DNA from: Planctomycetota bacterium
GTDB lineage: Bacteria > Planctomycetota > B15-G4 > SIAN01
Direction: 5' to 3'
Length of the DNA stretch: 64,000 nt
NCBI GenBank assembly: GCA_031409275.1
Contig: JANNXA010000049.1
Span: 64,001-128,000, forward strand
Shown: positions 1 to 8,574 of the stretch, piece by piece
Layout: every line of letters starts with the position of its first letter
Position numbering within the stretch: position 1 is the stretch's first letter
Position numbers and translations under genes: made by a program
The notes under the pieces: generated by a model
What the model was told of the DNA's origin: nothing
Seen by the model: only the letters and a program-made list of their open reading frames with translations
The model's database searches: none

Positions 1-265
1 CGAAGTGAGCCTGTCGGGCGCGGCGCTCGACCTCGAGTCGATGAAGGTCGCCGCCGAGGCCGAAGAGATCACCGACGAGAACCTGCGCGCAGGCGACGAG
101 CAGCGCGCCGGCTGGCTGTTCGAGTTGTGCGACCTGGTCGACGGCCTCTTCGCGGCGTTCCTGCGCGTGCGCGTTGCGCCAGCGTTCGAGGAGAAGCTCG
201 TGCCGTCGATGCGCGACTGGATCGTCACGCGCGCCCGTCCGCGTGCGCGCGCCGCGAGCCGCTGA
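1..265 (+). CDS. 3' end of a hypothetical protein, possibly RdgC-like (recombination-associated); 5'-truncated by the window edge
   Basis: Frame is open from position 2 to TGA at 263-265 with GC3-rich codons. The C-terminus 'LVDGLFAAFLRVRVAPAFEEKLVPSMRDWI' resembles my recollection of RdgC-like C-termini. Confidence 0.4.
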   Translation, partial: EVSLSGAALDLESMKVAAEAEEITDENLRAGDEQRAGWLFELCDLVDGLFAAFLRVRVAPAFEEKLVPSMRDWIVTRARPRARAASR

Positions 266-307
266 ATCGCCGAGTCGAGCGCGCGCGCGATCGCGCGATC
301 GCTCGAT

Positions 308-1909
308 TCAACCGGTCGTCAGCTCGCGGAACTCGAAGAAGGCGAACAGGAAGTGGACGAAGAGCGTCCACAGCGACGCGCCGATCACGGTGCGGGTCAC
401 CGCCTGGCTCACGGCGTCGGCTGCCAGCTTCTCGCGCGATCCGATGAACCAGGCGACCGCGGCGATGCCGAACGCGCACGCTTCGGTCTTGGCGATGACC
501 CAGTTCCAGCCCCAATGGAGCGGGAAGTCTTCGTTCACCAGGCCGCGCTCGAACGCGCGCTGCCAGAAGAAGAAATTGTGGTCGGGATGGGTGAAGAGGA
601 AGACGGCGAGGCTCGCGAGCTTGGCGGCCCACCACATCGTCCAGACCAGGAACGGCATCGCGATCATCAGCGACCAGAGGCCGGCGGTGAGCAGGTAGCG
701 CGACGGCTCCACGCCGAAGGAGCGCAGCGCATCGAACTGGCGCGCGTAGACCTTGCCGCCCACGTCGGCCGCGAAGGCGGCGCCGGTGCGCGCCGCGACC
801 AGCAGCGTCACCAGCAGCGGCGCCAGCACTCGGAAGGTCATGAATCCGAGCGCTGACAGGACGTCGTCGACGAAGAGCGGCTCGGTGAAGCCGCGGCGCG
901 GCATCTTCTCGAAGGCGAAGTAGGTGGCCACGAACCCGAGCAGCAGCCCGGCAACGCCGACGTAGGCGAAGGCGCCAGGCGAAGCGGCGATGCGCAGGTA
1001 GTGCAGCAGGTAGCGCGCTCCGTAGCGCGCGCGCGGCCACCAGGGAACGAGTCGCGCGACCGCAGTCGCGACCCCGCGCAGCGCTTCGCCGGTGCGCTCC
1101 AGGATCCGCGCGACCAGCGGGAGCGGCGGCTGATCGTCGCTCGAGGAGCGGTCGGTGGTCACGAGCTGCGTTGCGCGCAGCAGCGCGGTCTCGAGCGGCA
1201 GTCGCAGGAGCGTCCGCTCGTCCGGGTCGATCCACAGCACTTCGCGGGCGAGGCCGCGGAACGCGTCGAGGTCATGCGTCACCACGACGGTGGTGCGAGG
1301 CCGCTTCGCGTGGGTCGCCGCGATGGTGTCGGCGACGCGACGCGCATTCGCCGGATCGAGGCCGGTGGTCGGCTCGTCGTAGAGCAGGAGGTCGGGATCG
1401 AGTGCGAGGGTCCGGGCGAGGGCGACGCGCTGCAGCTGGCCGCCGCTCAGGTGATGCAGCCGGCCGACGCGCGCGACGCCGAAGTCTGCCAGCAGCGCGC
1501 GCGCCGCCGCGCGCTCGTCCGAGGCGCGAGTTTCGGCGGGCCGACGAGCGCGGTGGCGCAACGCGAAGAGGACGTTCTCCTCGGGCGATAGCTCATCGAA
1601 GAGCGCGTGATTCTGGAACAGGACGCCGACCTGGCCGGCGGGCGGCGGTTCGCGCAGCAGTTGGGTCGTTTCGAAGCGCAGCTTGCCGCTCGCGCTGAAG
1701 CCGCCGACGCCGTCGCGCAGCACGCCGGCGAGCAGCTTGAGCAGCACCGTCTTGCCCGACCCCGATGGACCGCACAGCAGCACCAGCTCGCCGCGCCGCA
1801 CGAAGAAGCTCGACCGGTCGAGCAGCTTCATGCCACCGAGACGGATCGTCAGTTCCTCCGCCTCGATCGCCGGAGAGGGCAGCACTTCGAGCGGCTCGTC
1901 ACGATTCAT
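308..1909 (-). CDS. Fused ABC ATPase (MlaF-like) and MlaE-family permease
   Basis: N-half has Walker A GPSGSGKT, signature LSGGQ, Walker B LLLYDEPT and H-loop VVTHD. C-half is hydrophobic with MlaE motifs (RVLAPLLVTLLVAARTGAAFAADVG, QFDALRSFGVEPSRYL, VSQAVTRTV). Confidence 0.85.
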   Translation of the reverse strand: MNRDEPLEVLPSPAIEAEELTIRLGGMKLLDRSSFFVRRGELVLLCGPSGSGKTVLLKLLAGVLRDGVGGFSASGKLRFETTQLLREPPPAGQVGVLFQNHALFDELSPEENVLFALRHRARRPAETRASDERAAARALLADFGVARVGRLHHLSGGQLQRVALARTLALDPDLLLYDEPTTGLDPANARRVADTIAATHAKRPRTTVVVTHDLDAFRGLAREVLWIDPDERTLLRLPLETALLRATQLVTTDRSSSDDQPPLPLVARILERTGEALRGVATAVARLVPWWPRARYGARYLLHYLRIAASPGAFAYVGVAGLLLGFVATYFAFEKMPRRGFTEPLFVDDVLSALGFMTFRVLAPLLVTLLVAARTGAAFAADVGGKVYARQFDALRSFGVEPSRYLLTAGLWSLMIAMPFLVWTMWWAAKLASLAVFLFTHPDHNFFFWQRAFERGLVNEDFPLHWGWNWVIAKTEACAFGIAAVAWFIGSREKLAADAVSQAVTRTVIGASLWTLFVHFLFAFFEFRELTTG

Positions 1910-3164
1910 GGCGGCCCTCGATCTCGCTGCCGGGCGCCAACGCTTCGCCGCCGCCGCCTTCCAGGTGGATCACCTGCGCATCGCGCCGAAGCAGGAGCAG
2001 GCGGATCAGCCAGGCGAGCTCGGGATTGATGCCTTCCCCGGTCGCGTCGAGGAAGAGCAGGTCGCCGAGCGGATCGAGGAACTCCTGCAGCTGGCTCGAC
2101 AGCCGATCGAAGCGGTCGCGCATCCGCGGGTCGTTGCGCAGCTGGTTCAGCCACCGCGTGAGGTGGGGGTTCTTGGCGATCAGCTCTTCGAGGAGTTGCG
2201 GCACGAGCGACTTCACGAGCGGGTCGTCGCGCACCTGTTCGAAGATGCGGCGCACCCCGTTGCGCAATTCCGGATCGGCGGCGGCATCACGCGCCATGGC
2301 GGCGATCGCCGCCTCCATCTCGCCGCGATGCTCGCGCAGCACCGGCAGCGCCTCTTCGTCGAGGAAGCGCTGCCAGCGTTCCTCGACGCGGACCGGCCGA
2401 TCCTCGAGCACGCGATCGGCCGCCGCTCGCAGCGCGAAGCTCATCAGCGGCAGCTTGTCCCACAGCAGTCGGCCGATCTGCTCGGCCGGCGCTGCGGCGT
2501 GGCGTTCGACGATCGGCAGCAGTTCGGCCGCGAGCAGTTCGCTGGCAGGCGTTCCCGCGAGCTCGCCGCGCAGCCGTTCGGACAAGAGGTCGATCTCGCG
2601 CTGGTGGCGGGCGAGCGCGGCCGGCAGCTCGGCGGAGATCGCCTGCAATGCGCCTTGCATCAGTTCCTGCGCGAGGGGTTCGAGCTCGCGCGCGAGCTCG
2701 GCGGCATGGCGCGCGCGGAAGCGATCCCACTCGCTGCGAATCTGCTCGAGGCGAGCCGCCGGGATCAGGGTGCGAACGGCGAAGAGGAATGAGTTGCCTT
2801 GCGAGCGCCGCACGCCGACGACACCGGCCCGAGGCCTGAATTCGGCGGCATGGACGCGGCGATCGTCGAGGGCGACGGTGACCACGACCTGCGGCGGCGC
2901 TGAGTCGCGTCGCACCCGGACGACCTCGCCGACCCGTTCGAGCTGGCCGTCCACGACGGCGACCACGCCGTTGCCGCGCTCGATCGCGGTGCCGCCGACG
3001 AATCGGATGGTGTAGGTCGGTGCCGGCTCGAGCAGCGCGCGCCACATCTCGACCTTGACGTGCTCGATCCGTCCGCGCTGCGCCGGCGAGAACGCGCCGA
3101 GGGCCACCGTCGTGGCGACTGCCAGCGCGATCCAGAAGGCGGCACCCAGCGACATCTGCTTCAT
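1899..3164 (-). CDS. Membrane-anchored protein with a degenerate MCE/MlaD-like domain and a long helical region
   Basis: N-terminal TM (LGAAFWIALAVATTVALG), then a beta-rich segment 'YTIRF...VGEVVRV...VVVTVALD', then a helical tail. Overlaps the start of the MlaFE fusion. Start may instead be 3182 or 3155. Confidence 0.6.
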   Translation of the reverse strand: MKQMSLGAAFWIALAVATTVALGAFSPAQRGRIEHVKVEMWRALLEPAPTYTIRFVGGTAIERGNGVVAVVDGQLERVGEVVRVRRDSAPPQVVVTVALDDRRVHAAEFRPRAGVVGVRRSQGNSFLFAVRTLIPAARLEQIRSEWDRFRARHAAELARELEPLAQELMQGALQAISAELPAALARHQREIDLLSERLRGELAGTPASELLAAELLPIVERHAAAPAEQIGRLLWDKLPLMSFALRAAADRVLEDRPVRVEERWQRFLDEEALPVLREHRGEMEAAIAAMARDAAADPELRNGVRRIFEQVRDDPLVKSLVPQLLEELIAKNPHLTRWLNQLRNDPRMRDRFDRLSSQLQEFLDPLGDLLFLDATGEGINPELAWLIRLLLLRRDAQVIHLEGGGGEALAPGSEIEGRHES

Positions 3165-3260
3165 TCGGGTCGATGGACTCATCACGGGCGATGGTACCGA
3201 CGCGTCGCGGCGCCCGTTCGCTCCCGGCGCTATCGTCGCGCCACCTGGACAGGGGGCGTC

Positions 3261-4304
3261 ATGCCGGATCGTTCGATGAACCAGCGCTTGTCGCCGCGGC
3301 GGCTCGTGATGCTCGCGACCCTCGTCGCGGCGCTCTTCGTCGCGGCGGCGCGTCCCGACGACCCCGTCCTCGCCATCCGAGGACTCGTCGACCAGCGTCG
3401 TTTCGTCGAGGCCGCGCAGGCGGGCGAACGGCTCGTCAAGGAGCGGCCCGAGGATGCCGACGCGTGGCTCCTGCTGGCGCAGGTCCATCTCGTGCCCGAC
3501 TGGGCGTTTCGTCGCGATGCGCGCGCCGCTTCGGCCGCCACGCGGGCGCTCAAGATCGCGGGGCGCCGTCCCGACATCGTCGCGGCGCTGGCCTTCGCGC
3601 GCGCGCGCCTGACCGAGTACGACGAGGCGCTCAAGCTGATCGCCGAGGTCTGCGATAGCGAGCCGCCGCGAGTCGCCGGCGAGGTGCTCTCCGAGCTGCT
3701 CGTGTTGCGGGCCGACCTGAGCCTCAAGCGGGACGGGGCGGCGGGCCAGGCGGCGGCGCTGCTCGACCTCGAGCGGGCGATTGCCGCGGCGCCGCGGGCG
3801 AGCCAGCCCCGCGTGATGCGCGCCGAGGCGCTGATGAACGGCGATCGCCACGCCGAAGCGATCGCCGACCTGCTGATCGCCATCGACTCCGCGCCGGGCA
3901 ACAAGCAGGCGCACGCGGCGTTGCGCGGCGCCTACAGTCGCCTTGGCCAGCGCGAAGAGGCGCGCCAGCACTACGAGATCTGGAAGCGGCTGAACCGCTT
4001 GACGGACAGCGTGGCGTCGACGAGCGCGCCCGACCCGCAGGAGCGCCGGAACATCTTGCGCGAACTCGCGACGCTGAATCCTCGAGACGTCGACCGGCGG
4101 CTCGAACTCGTGCAGGTCGAGGCGCAGCTGAACGACCTTCCGGCCGCACTCGCCGCTTGCGATGCGCTGCTCGAGGTCGCGCCGACCTTTGCGCCCGCGC
4201 GCTACCTGCGCGAGCAGTTGCTGCAGGCGAAGGCCGGACGTCGGCCGGCACCGGAGGGCGCGGCTCCAGTGGGCGATGGGGCGGGTGGTGGGGGCGGAGC
4301 GTGA
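3261..4304 (+). CDS. Tetratricopeptide-repeat protein with signal peptide
   Basis: Hydrophobic N-terminus (RRLVMLATLVAALFVAA) and several TPR-like repeats (PEDADAWLLLAQVHL, APGNKQAHAALRGAYSRLG). GTGA overlap with the next gene. Start may be 3276. Confidence 0.8.
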   Translation: MPDRSMNQRLSPRRLVMLATLVAALFVAAARPDDPVLAIRGLVDQRRFVEAAQAGERLVKERPEDADAWLLLAQVHLVPDWAFRRDARAASAATRALKIAGRRPDIVAALAFARARLTEYDEALKLIAEVCDSEPPRVAGEVLSELLVLRADLSLKRDGAAGQAAALLDLERAIAAAPRASQPRVMRAEALMNGDRHAEAIADLLIAIDSAPGNKQAHAALRGAYSRLGQREEARQHYEIWKRLNRLTDSVASTSAPDPQERRNILRELATLNPRDVDRRLELVQVEAQLNDLPAALAACDALLEVAPTFAPARYLREQLLQAKAGRRPAPEGAAPVGDGAGGGGGA

Positions 4305-6007
4305 GCATGATCAAAGCGCTGGCCCTTGCGACCGCTCTTGCCCAGATCGACGATCGACCCGTCTTCGTCGAGCGGCGCGACTGCGGCATCGACTTCGTGC
4401 ATCGCCGGTTCCAGACCGAGTCGAAGAAGTACCTCGTCGAGACCGCCGGTTCCGGCGTCGCGTTGATCGACTACGACGGTGACGGTCGCCTCGACGTCTA
4501 CTGCGTGCAGGGCTGCCCGTTGCCGGGTTACACCGGCCACGACGAAGCGCCGCCCGATCGCCTCTACCGCAATCTCGGGGGCTTTCGCTTCGCGCCCGTT
4601 CCCGAGCTCGTCCCCGTTTCGGTGAAGCAGGCGGACGGCACCACGCTGACCGTCGAGAAGCCGCTCGGACTCGGCGATCGGCGCTACGGGATGGGCGTCA
4701 CGTGTCCTGACATCGACAACGACGGTGATGCCGACCTCTTCGTCACCAACGTCGGGCGCGACGCGCTCTATCGCAACGAAGGGGACGGCACCTTCACCGA
4801 CGTCACCGTCGAATCAGGCGTCGTCGACGACTACTGGAGCACCGCGGCCGGCTGGGCCGACCTCGATGGCGACGGCGACCTCGACCTCTACCTCGCCAAC
4901 TACGCGCGCATCGACTACGCGACCTACAAGCCGTGCACGACGAAGGAGATCATCAGCTACTGCCATCCCGACACGCTGCCATCGGCGCCCGATCGCCTGT
5001 TCCGCAACGACGGTGGCTTCAAGTTCACCGAAGTGACGCAGCAAGCGGGGATCATCGAGCCCGACGAAGGCGGCAAGGGGCTCGCCGTCATCCCGTTCGA
5101 CCAGGACGGCGACGGCCGCCTCGACCTCTTCATCGCGAACGACGCTGACGAGAACTACCTCTGGATGAATCGCGGCGGGATGCGCTTCGAGGAGGAGGCG
5201 GGCGTCTGGTGCGTCGACGTCAGCGGTCGCGGCGCGTCGCAGAGCTGCATGGGCAGCGACCTTGCCGACATCGACGGCGACCTCGACTTCGATCTCTTCT
5301 CCGCCAACTTCGGCAAGGAGCCGAACGTCCTCTACGTGCGCGGCAAGGACGGCTACTACGACGACCGCAGCTATCCGAGCGGGCTTGGCGAGCCGAGCTA
5401 CCTGTCGACCGGTTTCGGCGCACGCTTCTTCGATTACGACCGCGACGCCGACGTCGACCTGATGGTCGTGAACGGTCACATCGTCGACAACGCCGAGCAG
5501 TTCGACCCGAGCCAGACGTTCAAGCAGCTGCCGCATCTCTACGCCAACAAAGGCAACGGCACCTTCGAGCAGATCGGTCCGCGCCTCTCGCCGTTCTTCA
5601 AGGCGCGCATCGTCGGCCGTGGCCTCGCCACCGGCGATCTCGACGACGACGGCGATCTCGATGTCGTCGTGCTGGAGAACGACGGGCCACTCGCCGTCCT
5701 CGAGAACGTCGGCGACTTCCCCGGTCGCTGGATCGGCTTCCAGTTGGTGGGAACCAAGAGCCCGCGTGATGCGATCGGCGCCGTGGTCACCATCGAGTGC
5801 GCTGGCAAGCAGCAGGCTCAGCCGTTGGTCGGCACGAGCTCCTACCTCAGCTGGGGTGACCTGCGTCTCTACTTCGGCCTCGGGACTGTGCCCCCCGATG
5901 CGACGGTGAACGCCACCATTCGCTGGCCGTCCGGCACCGTCCAGTCGCTCTCGCCGCTCGTCGCGAGCCGCTACCACCGCGTCGAAGAGCCCCCGCCCAC
6001 GAAGTAG
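4301..6007 (+). CDS. CRTAC1 / ASPIC-UnbV family protein (FG-GAP/VCBS repeats)
   Basis: Repeated DxDGDGxLD motifs, GRGLATGDLDDDGDLD, and a C-terminal UnbV domain (DAIGAVV...SSYLS...LYFGLG...IRWPSG). GTG at 4301 or ATG at 4307. Confidence 0.92.
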   Translation: MSMIKALALATALAQIDDRPVFVERRDCGIDFVHRRFQTESKKYLVETAGSGVALIDYDGDGRLDVYCVQGCPLPGYTGHDEAPPDRLYRNLGGFRFAPVPELVPVSVKQADGTTLTVEKPLGLGDRRYGMGVTCPDIDNDGDADLFVTNVGRDALYRNEGDGTFTDVTVESGVVDDYWSTAAGWADLDGDGDLDLYLANYARIDYATYKPCTTKEIISYCHPDTLPSAPDRLFRNDGGFKFTEVTQQAGIIEPDEGGKGLAVIPFDQDGDGRLDLFIANDADENYLWMNRGGMRFEEEAGVWCVDVSGRGASQSCMGSDLADIDGDLDFDLFSANFGKEPNVLYVRGKDGYYDDRSYPSGLGEPSYLSTGFGARFFDYDRDADVDLMVVNGHIVDNAEQFDPSQTFKQLPHLYANKGNGTFEQIGPRLSPFFKARIVGRGLATGDLDDDGDLDVVVLENDGPLAVLENVGDFPGRWIGFQLVGTKSPRDAIGAVVTIECAGKQQAQPLVGTSSYLSWGDLRLYFGLGTVPPDATVNATIRWPSGTVQSLSPLVASRYHRVEEPPPTK

Positions 6008-6077
6008 CCTCGCCTCGTCGAAGCAGCTCTCCCTCGCCGTCTCTCTTCACTCTTCCGAGCCGTCGCGCCCCCTCTCG

Positions 6078-6188
6078 CCGCGCGCTGCGTACCCGCAGCC
6101 GCGCCCCTCTCGCCTCTCGCCGCGCGCTGCGTACCCGCAGCCGCGCGCCGCACCCCCTTCACCGCGCGCTGCGTACCCGCAGCCGCGC
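6078..6188. repeat. Three identical 27-bp GC-rich palindromic repeats at 42-bp period (REP-like)
   Basis: CCGCGCGCTGCGTACCCGCAGCCGCGC at 6078-6104, 6120-6146 and 6162-6188, separated by 15-bp linkers. Internal hairpin GCTGCG-TACC-CGCAGC. Confidence 0.9.
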
Positions 6189-6215
6189 GTCACGCACCGC
6201 GCGCCGCGCCCCGTT

Positions 6216-6266
6216 GGGCTTCAGCTGCGAAGCCGCGCGCAGCGCCGCTTCGTCAGCTGCAAGCCC
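6216..6266 (-). repeat. attC-like imperfect hairpin (site B, degenerate R boxes)
   Basis: GGGCTT-CAGCTG-CGAAGC ... GCTTCG-T-CAGCTG-C-AAGCCC; two unpaired bases (T6253, C6260). Confidence 0.55.
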
Positions 6267-6292
6267 CGAGAGGCGAGCTGCGCACCGCGCAG

Positions 6293-6395
6293 CCTCGCCG
6301 GCGCGGGCGTTCAGCTGCAAAGGCGCCGTGCCGTCGCACTGCCGCGCTCGATCCCTGCACGCGGCGCCTTTGTCAGCTGCAACGCCTAGTTGAGC
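6293..6395 (-). repeat. attC-like imperfect hairpin (site A) with an intact R'' box overlapping the end of the TPR-zincin gene
   Basis: Minus strand reads GCTCAAC (RYYYAAC, 6395-6389)-TA-GGCGTTGCAGCTGAC...GCAGCTGAACGCC. Stem GGCGTT-CAGCTG-CAAAGGCGCCG / CGGCGCCTTTG-T-CAGCTG-C-AACGCC. No GTTRRRY R' box. Confidence 0.6.
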
Positions 6396-7240
6396 CCCAT
6401 GTCCGTCAACCCGTCCTCGTCCCAGCTCAAGTGGTGCCCGATCTCGTGCAGCAGCGTGATCTTCATCTCTTCGCGCAGTTCGTCCTTGTCGGAGACGACG
6501 CGTTCCACGTTGCGCTGGAAGATCTCGATGCGATCGAGGTCGCCATGCGGGAGATCGCCGGTCTTCTCGAGGAGGTTGATCCCGCGGTAGAGGCCGAGCA
6601 CCAGCGGATCGACGTCAGGGCTCGCGTGCAGGCGCGGGTCCGGAAGCGGCAGCAGGCTCAGGTCGACGTTCTTCAGTGCCCGGCGCACATCGCGCGGCAG
6701 CGCGGCGATGACCTCTTCGAGCAGCGCCTGCACCTCGTCGGCGGGAAGGCGCACCGGCTCGGGATAGTCATCGGCGTTCTCCTTGGCCGCTTTGGCAAAG
6801 AGCGCGTCGGCAGCCGCGTGGTCGCCACGGAAGTCGGCCAGCAGCGCCTGGTAGTAGAGATGGCCGGCGCGCGTGGCGGGCTTGGGCTTGTGCCGCGCGA
6901 GCATCTGCGCGGCCTCGTCGAAGCGCCAGGCGTGGAACAAGGCCCGCGCTTCCCAGAAGTCGATCTCGGGGTCCTTGCCGTCGAGCACGCGGATCTGCTG
7001 GAGCTCGCGCAACGAGGCCGCGATCTCGCCGAGTTCGAAATGACTCGCCGCCAGCAGGTAGAGCGTGTCGATCTGGAGGTCGACGTCGCTTTTCTTCAGT
7101 TCCTCGTGGCGATCGAGCAGCTTCTGCGCCTGAAGTGCGAGCTCGAGCGCCTCGTCGGCGTGGCCCTCGTCGAGCCGCGCGTCGACCTCGTCGAGCAGCG
7201 CCGCGATGCGCTCGTAGATTTCCCGGCTCTCGTCGTCCAT
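6386..7240 (-). CDS. TPR-domain protein with a C-terminal zincin-like metallopeptidase (Zincin_1/DUF1025)
   Basis: N-terminal helical repeats; C-terminal LGLYRG...IEIFQRN...ITLLHEIGHH (HExxH). Confidence 0.85.
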   Translation of the reverse strand: MDDESREIYERIAALLDEVDARLDEGHADEALELALQAQKLLDRHEELKKSDVDLQIDTLYLLAASHFELGEIAASLRELQQIRVLDGKDPEIDFWEARALFHAWRFDEAAQMLARHKPKPATRAGHLYYQALLADFRGDHAAADALFAKAAKENADDYPEPVRLPADEVQALLEEVIAALPRDVRRALKNVDLSLLPLPDPRLHASPDVDPLVLGLYRGINLLEKTGDLPHGDLDRIEIFQRNVERVVSDKDELREEMKITLLHEIGHHLSWDEDGLTDMGLN

Positions 7241-7370
7241 CGCTGATCCTGCTGGGGCCCGCCGCGAAACCGACGGTGCGGCATCGTAGCCGCGAGGATG
7301 CAGCTAAAGGCGAAGGCGTCCGGCGGGCGAAGTCATCCGTCGTGGAGTTCCCTCGGAACGGGAGACGACC

Positions 7371-8516
7371 GTGGCCCGCAGCGCTCGTTGGCGAGAACTC
7401 GATCCGCAGAAGTTGAGCCCCGAGGCCAAGCGCCTCCGGGATGGCCTGCTCGCGCGCGTCGTGGGACAGGAACCGGCGATCGACTCGCTGACCACGATCC
7501 ACCAGATCTGGCGCTCGGGACTTTCCGATCCCAACCGTCCGATCGCGAGCTTCCTGCTGCTCGGCCCGACCGGCACGGGAAAGACGCGCCTCGTCGAGTC
7601 GCTGGCCGAACTGCTCTTCAGCGACCGGCGCGCGATGATGAAGATCGACTGCGCCGAGTTCAGCCACAGCCACGAGATCGCGCGGCTCATCGGATCGCCG
7701 CCGGGCTACCTCGGGCACCGCGACACGCCGCCGTTCCTGAGCCAGGAGAACGTGGATCGGCACCAGACGCGCGAGCACCCGGTGACGTTGATCCTGTTCG
7801 ACGAGATCGAGAAGGCCAACGACGCGCTGTGGATGCTGCTGCTCGGCATCCTCGACAAGGGCACGTTGACGCTCGGCACGAACGAACAGGTCGATCTCAC
7901 GCGCTGCCTGATCTTCCTGACCAGCAACGTCGGCGCCGATCACTTCGACAAGCTGCACGATTCGCCGATGGGCTTCCGTACGACCTTGCCCTACATCGCT
8001 CCCGACATGAGCCAGGTGAGCGAGAGCGTGCACGAGGCGACGCGGCGCATCTTCAGTCCCGAGTTCCTGAACCGCATCGATCGCCGGATCGTCTTCAACA
8101 GCCTCGGCGAGGAGCAGTTCAAGCGGATCCTCGACCTCGAACTCAGCTACGTGCGCACGCGCGTCCGCAAGCGGCTCGACGTCGACCTGCGATGCACACC
8201 GGCGGGGCGGCGCTACCTGCTCGAGAAGGGGACCAACCCGCGTTACGGCGCGCGCCCGTTGCGCAGCCTGCTCGAGAGCGAGGTGCTGTTCGCGGTCGCC
8301 AACCTGATCGGCTCCGGACAGGTCGGCGAGGGCGACGTCGTGCAGATCGACGCCAAGCGCGATGGCGGCGGGCTCACCTTCCGCGCACAGCGCGAAAGCG
8401 CGGCGGCGGCGGCATCGGGCGGCGGTTCGTCGTCGATCAGCGTCGCGCCGGTCGAGTCGGTCGAGACGCTGCGCGAGGCGGCTTCCCGCGAACTGCTGCC
8501 GGCGGGGCGGGGCTGA
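7371..8516 (+). CDS. ClpA/B/C-family AAA+ ATPase with only the second (D2) module
   Basis: RVVGQEPA, Walker A GPTGTGKT, pore loop GSPPGYLG, Walker B ILFDEIEKA, TSNVG, FSPEFLNRID, YGARPL. No N-domain or D1. Confidence 0.9.
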   Translation: MARSARWRELDPQKLSPEAKRLRDGLLARVVGQEPAIDSLTTIHQIWRSGLSDPNRPIASFLLLGPTGTGKTRLVESLAELLFSDRRAMMKIDCAEFSHSHEIARLIGSPPGYLGHRDTPPFLSQENVDRHQTREHPVTLILFDEIEKANDALWMLLLGILDKGTLTLGTNEQVDLTRCLIFLTSNVGADHFDKLHDSPMGFRTTLPYIAPDMSQVSESVHEATRRIFSPEFLNRIDRRIVFNSLGEEQFKRILDLELSYVRTRVRKRLDVDLRCTPAGRRYLLEKGTNPRYGARPLRSLLESEVLFAVANLIGSGQVGEGDVVQIDAKRDGGGLTFRAQRESAAAAASGGGSSSISVAPVESVETLREAASRELLPAGRG

Positions 8517-8561
8517 CCGCCGCGCACGCTAGGATCTCGCCCCGTTTCCAATCTCAGGAAC

Positions 8562-8566
8562 AGGAG
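8562..8566 (+). promoter_or_regulatory. Shine-Dalgarno sequence of the YHS gene
   Basis: AGGAG 8 nt upstream of ATG 8575. Confidence 0.6.
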
Positions 8567-8574
8567 CGAGAGTC

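Noticed and set aside
3183..3971. N-terminal extension of ORF 1899..3971
   Set aside because: It overlaps the TPR gene on the opposite strand; the protein more plausibly starts at 3155-3182, just before the TM segment.
6078..6188. Possible mini-CRISPR array
   Set aside because: Spacers are only 15 bp and low-complexity, there are only three repeats, and there is no AT-rich leader or cas gene.
6216..6395. Functional integron
   Set aside because: No tyrosine recombinase or attI in the window, R' boxes are absent, and no ORF lies between the two hairpins. Kept only as attC-like remnants.
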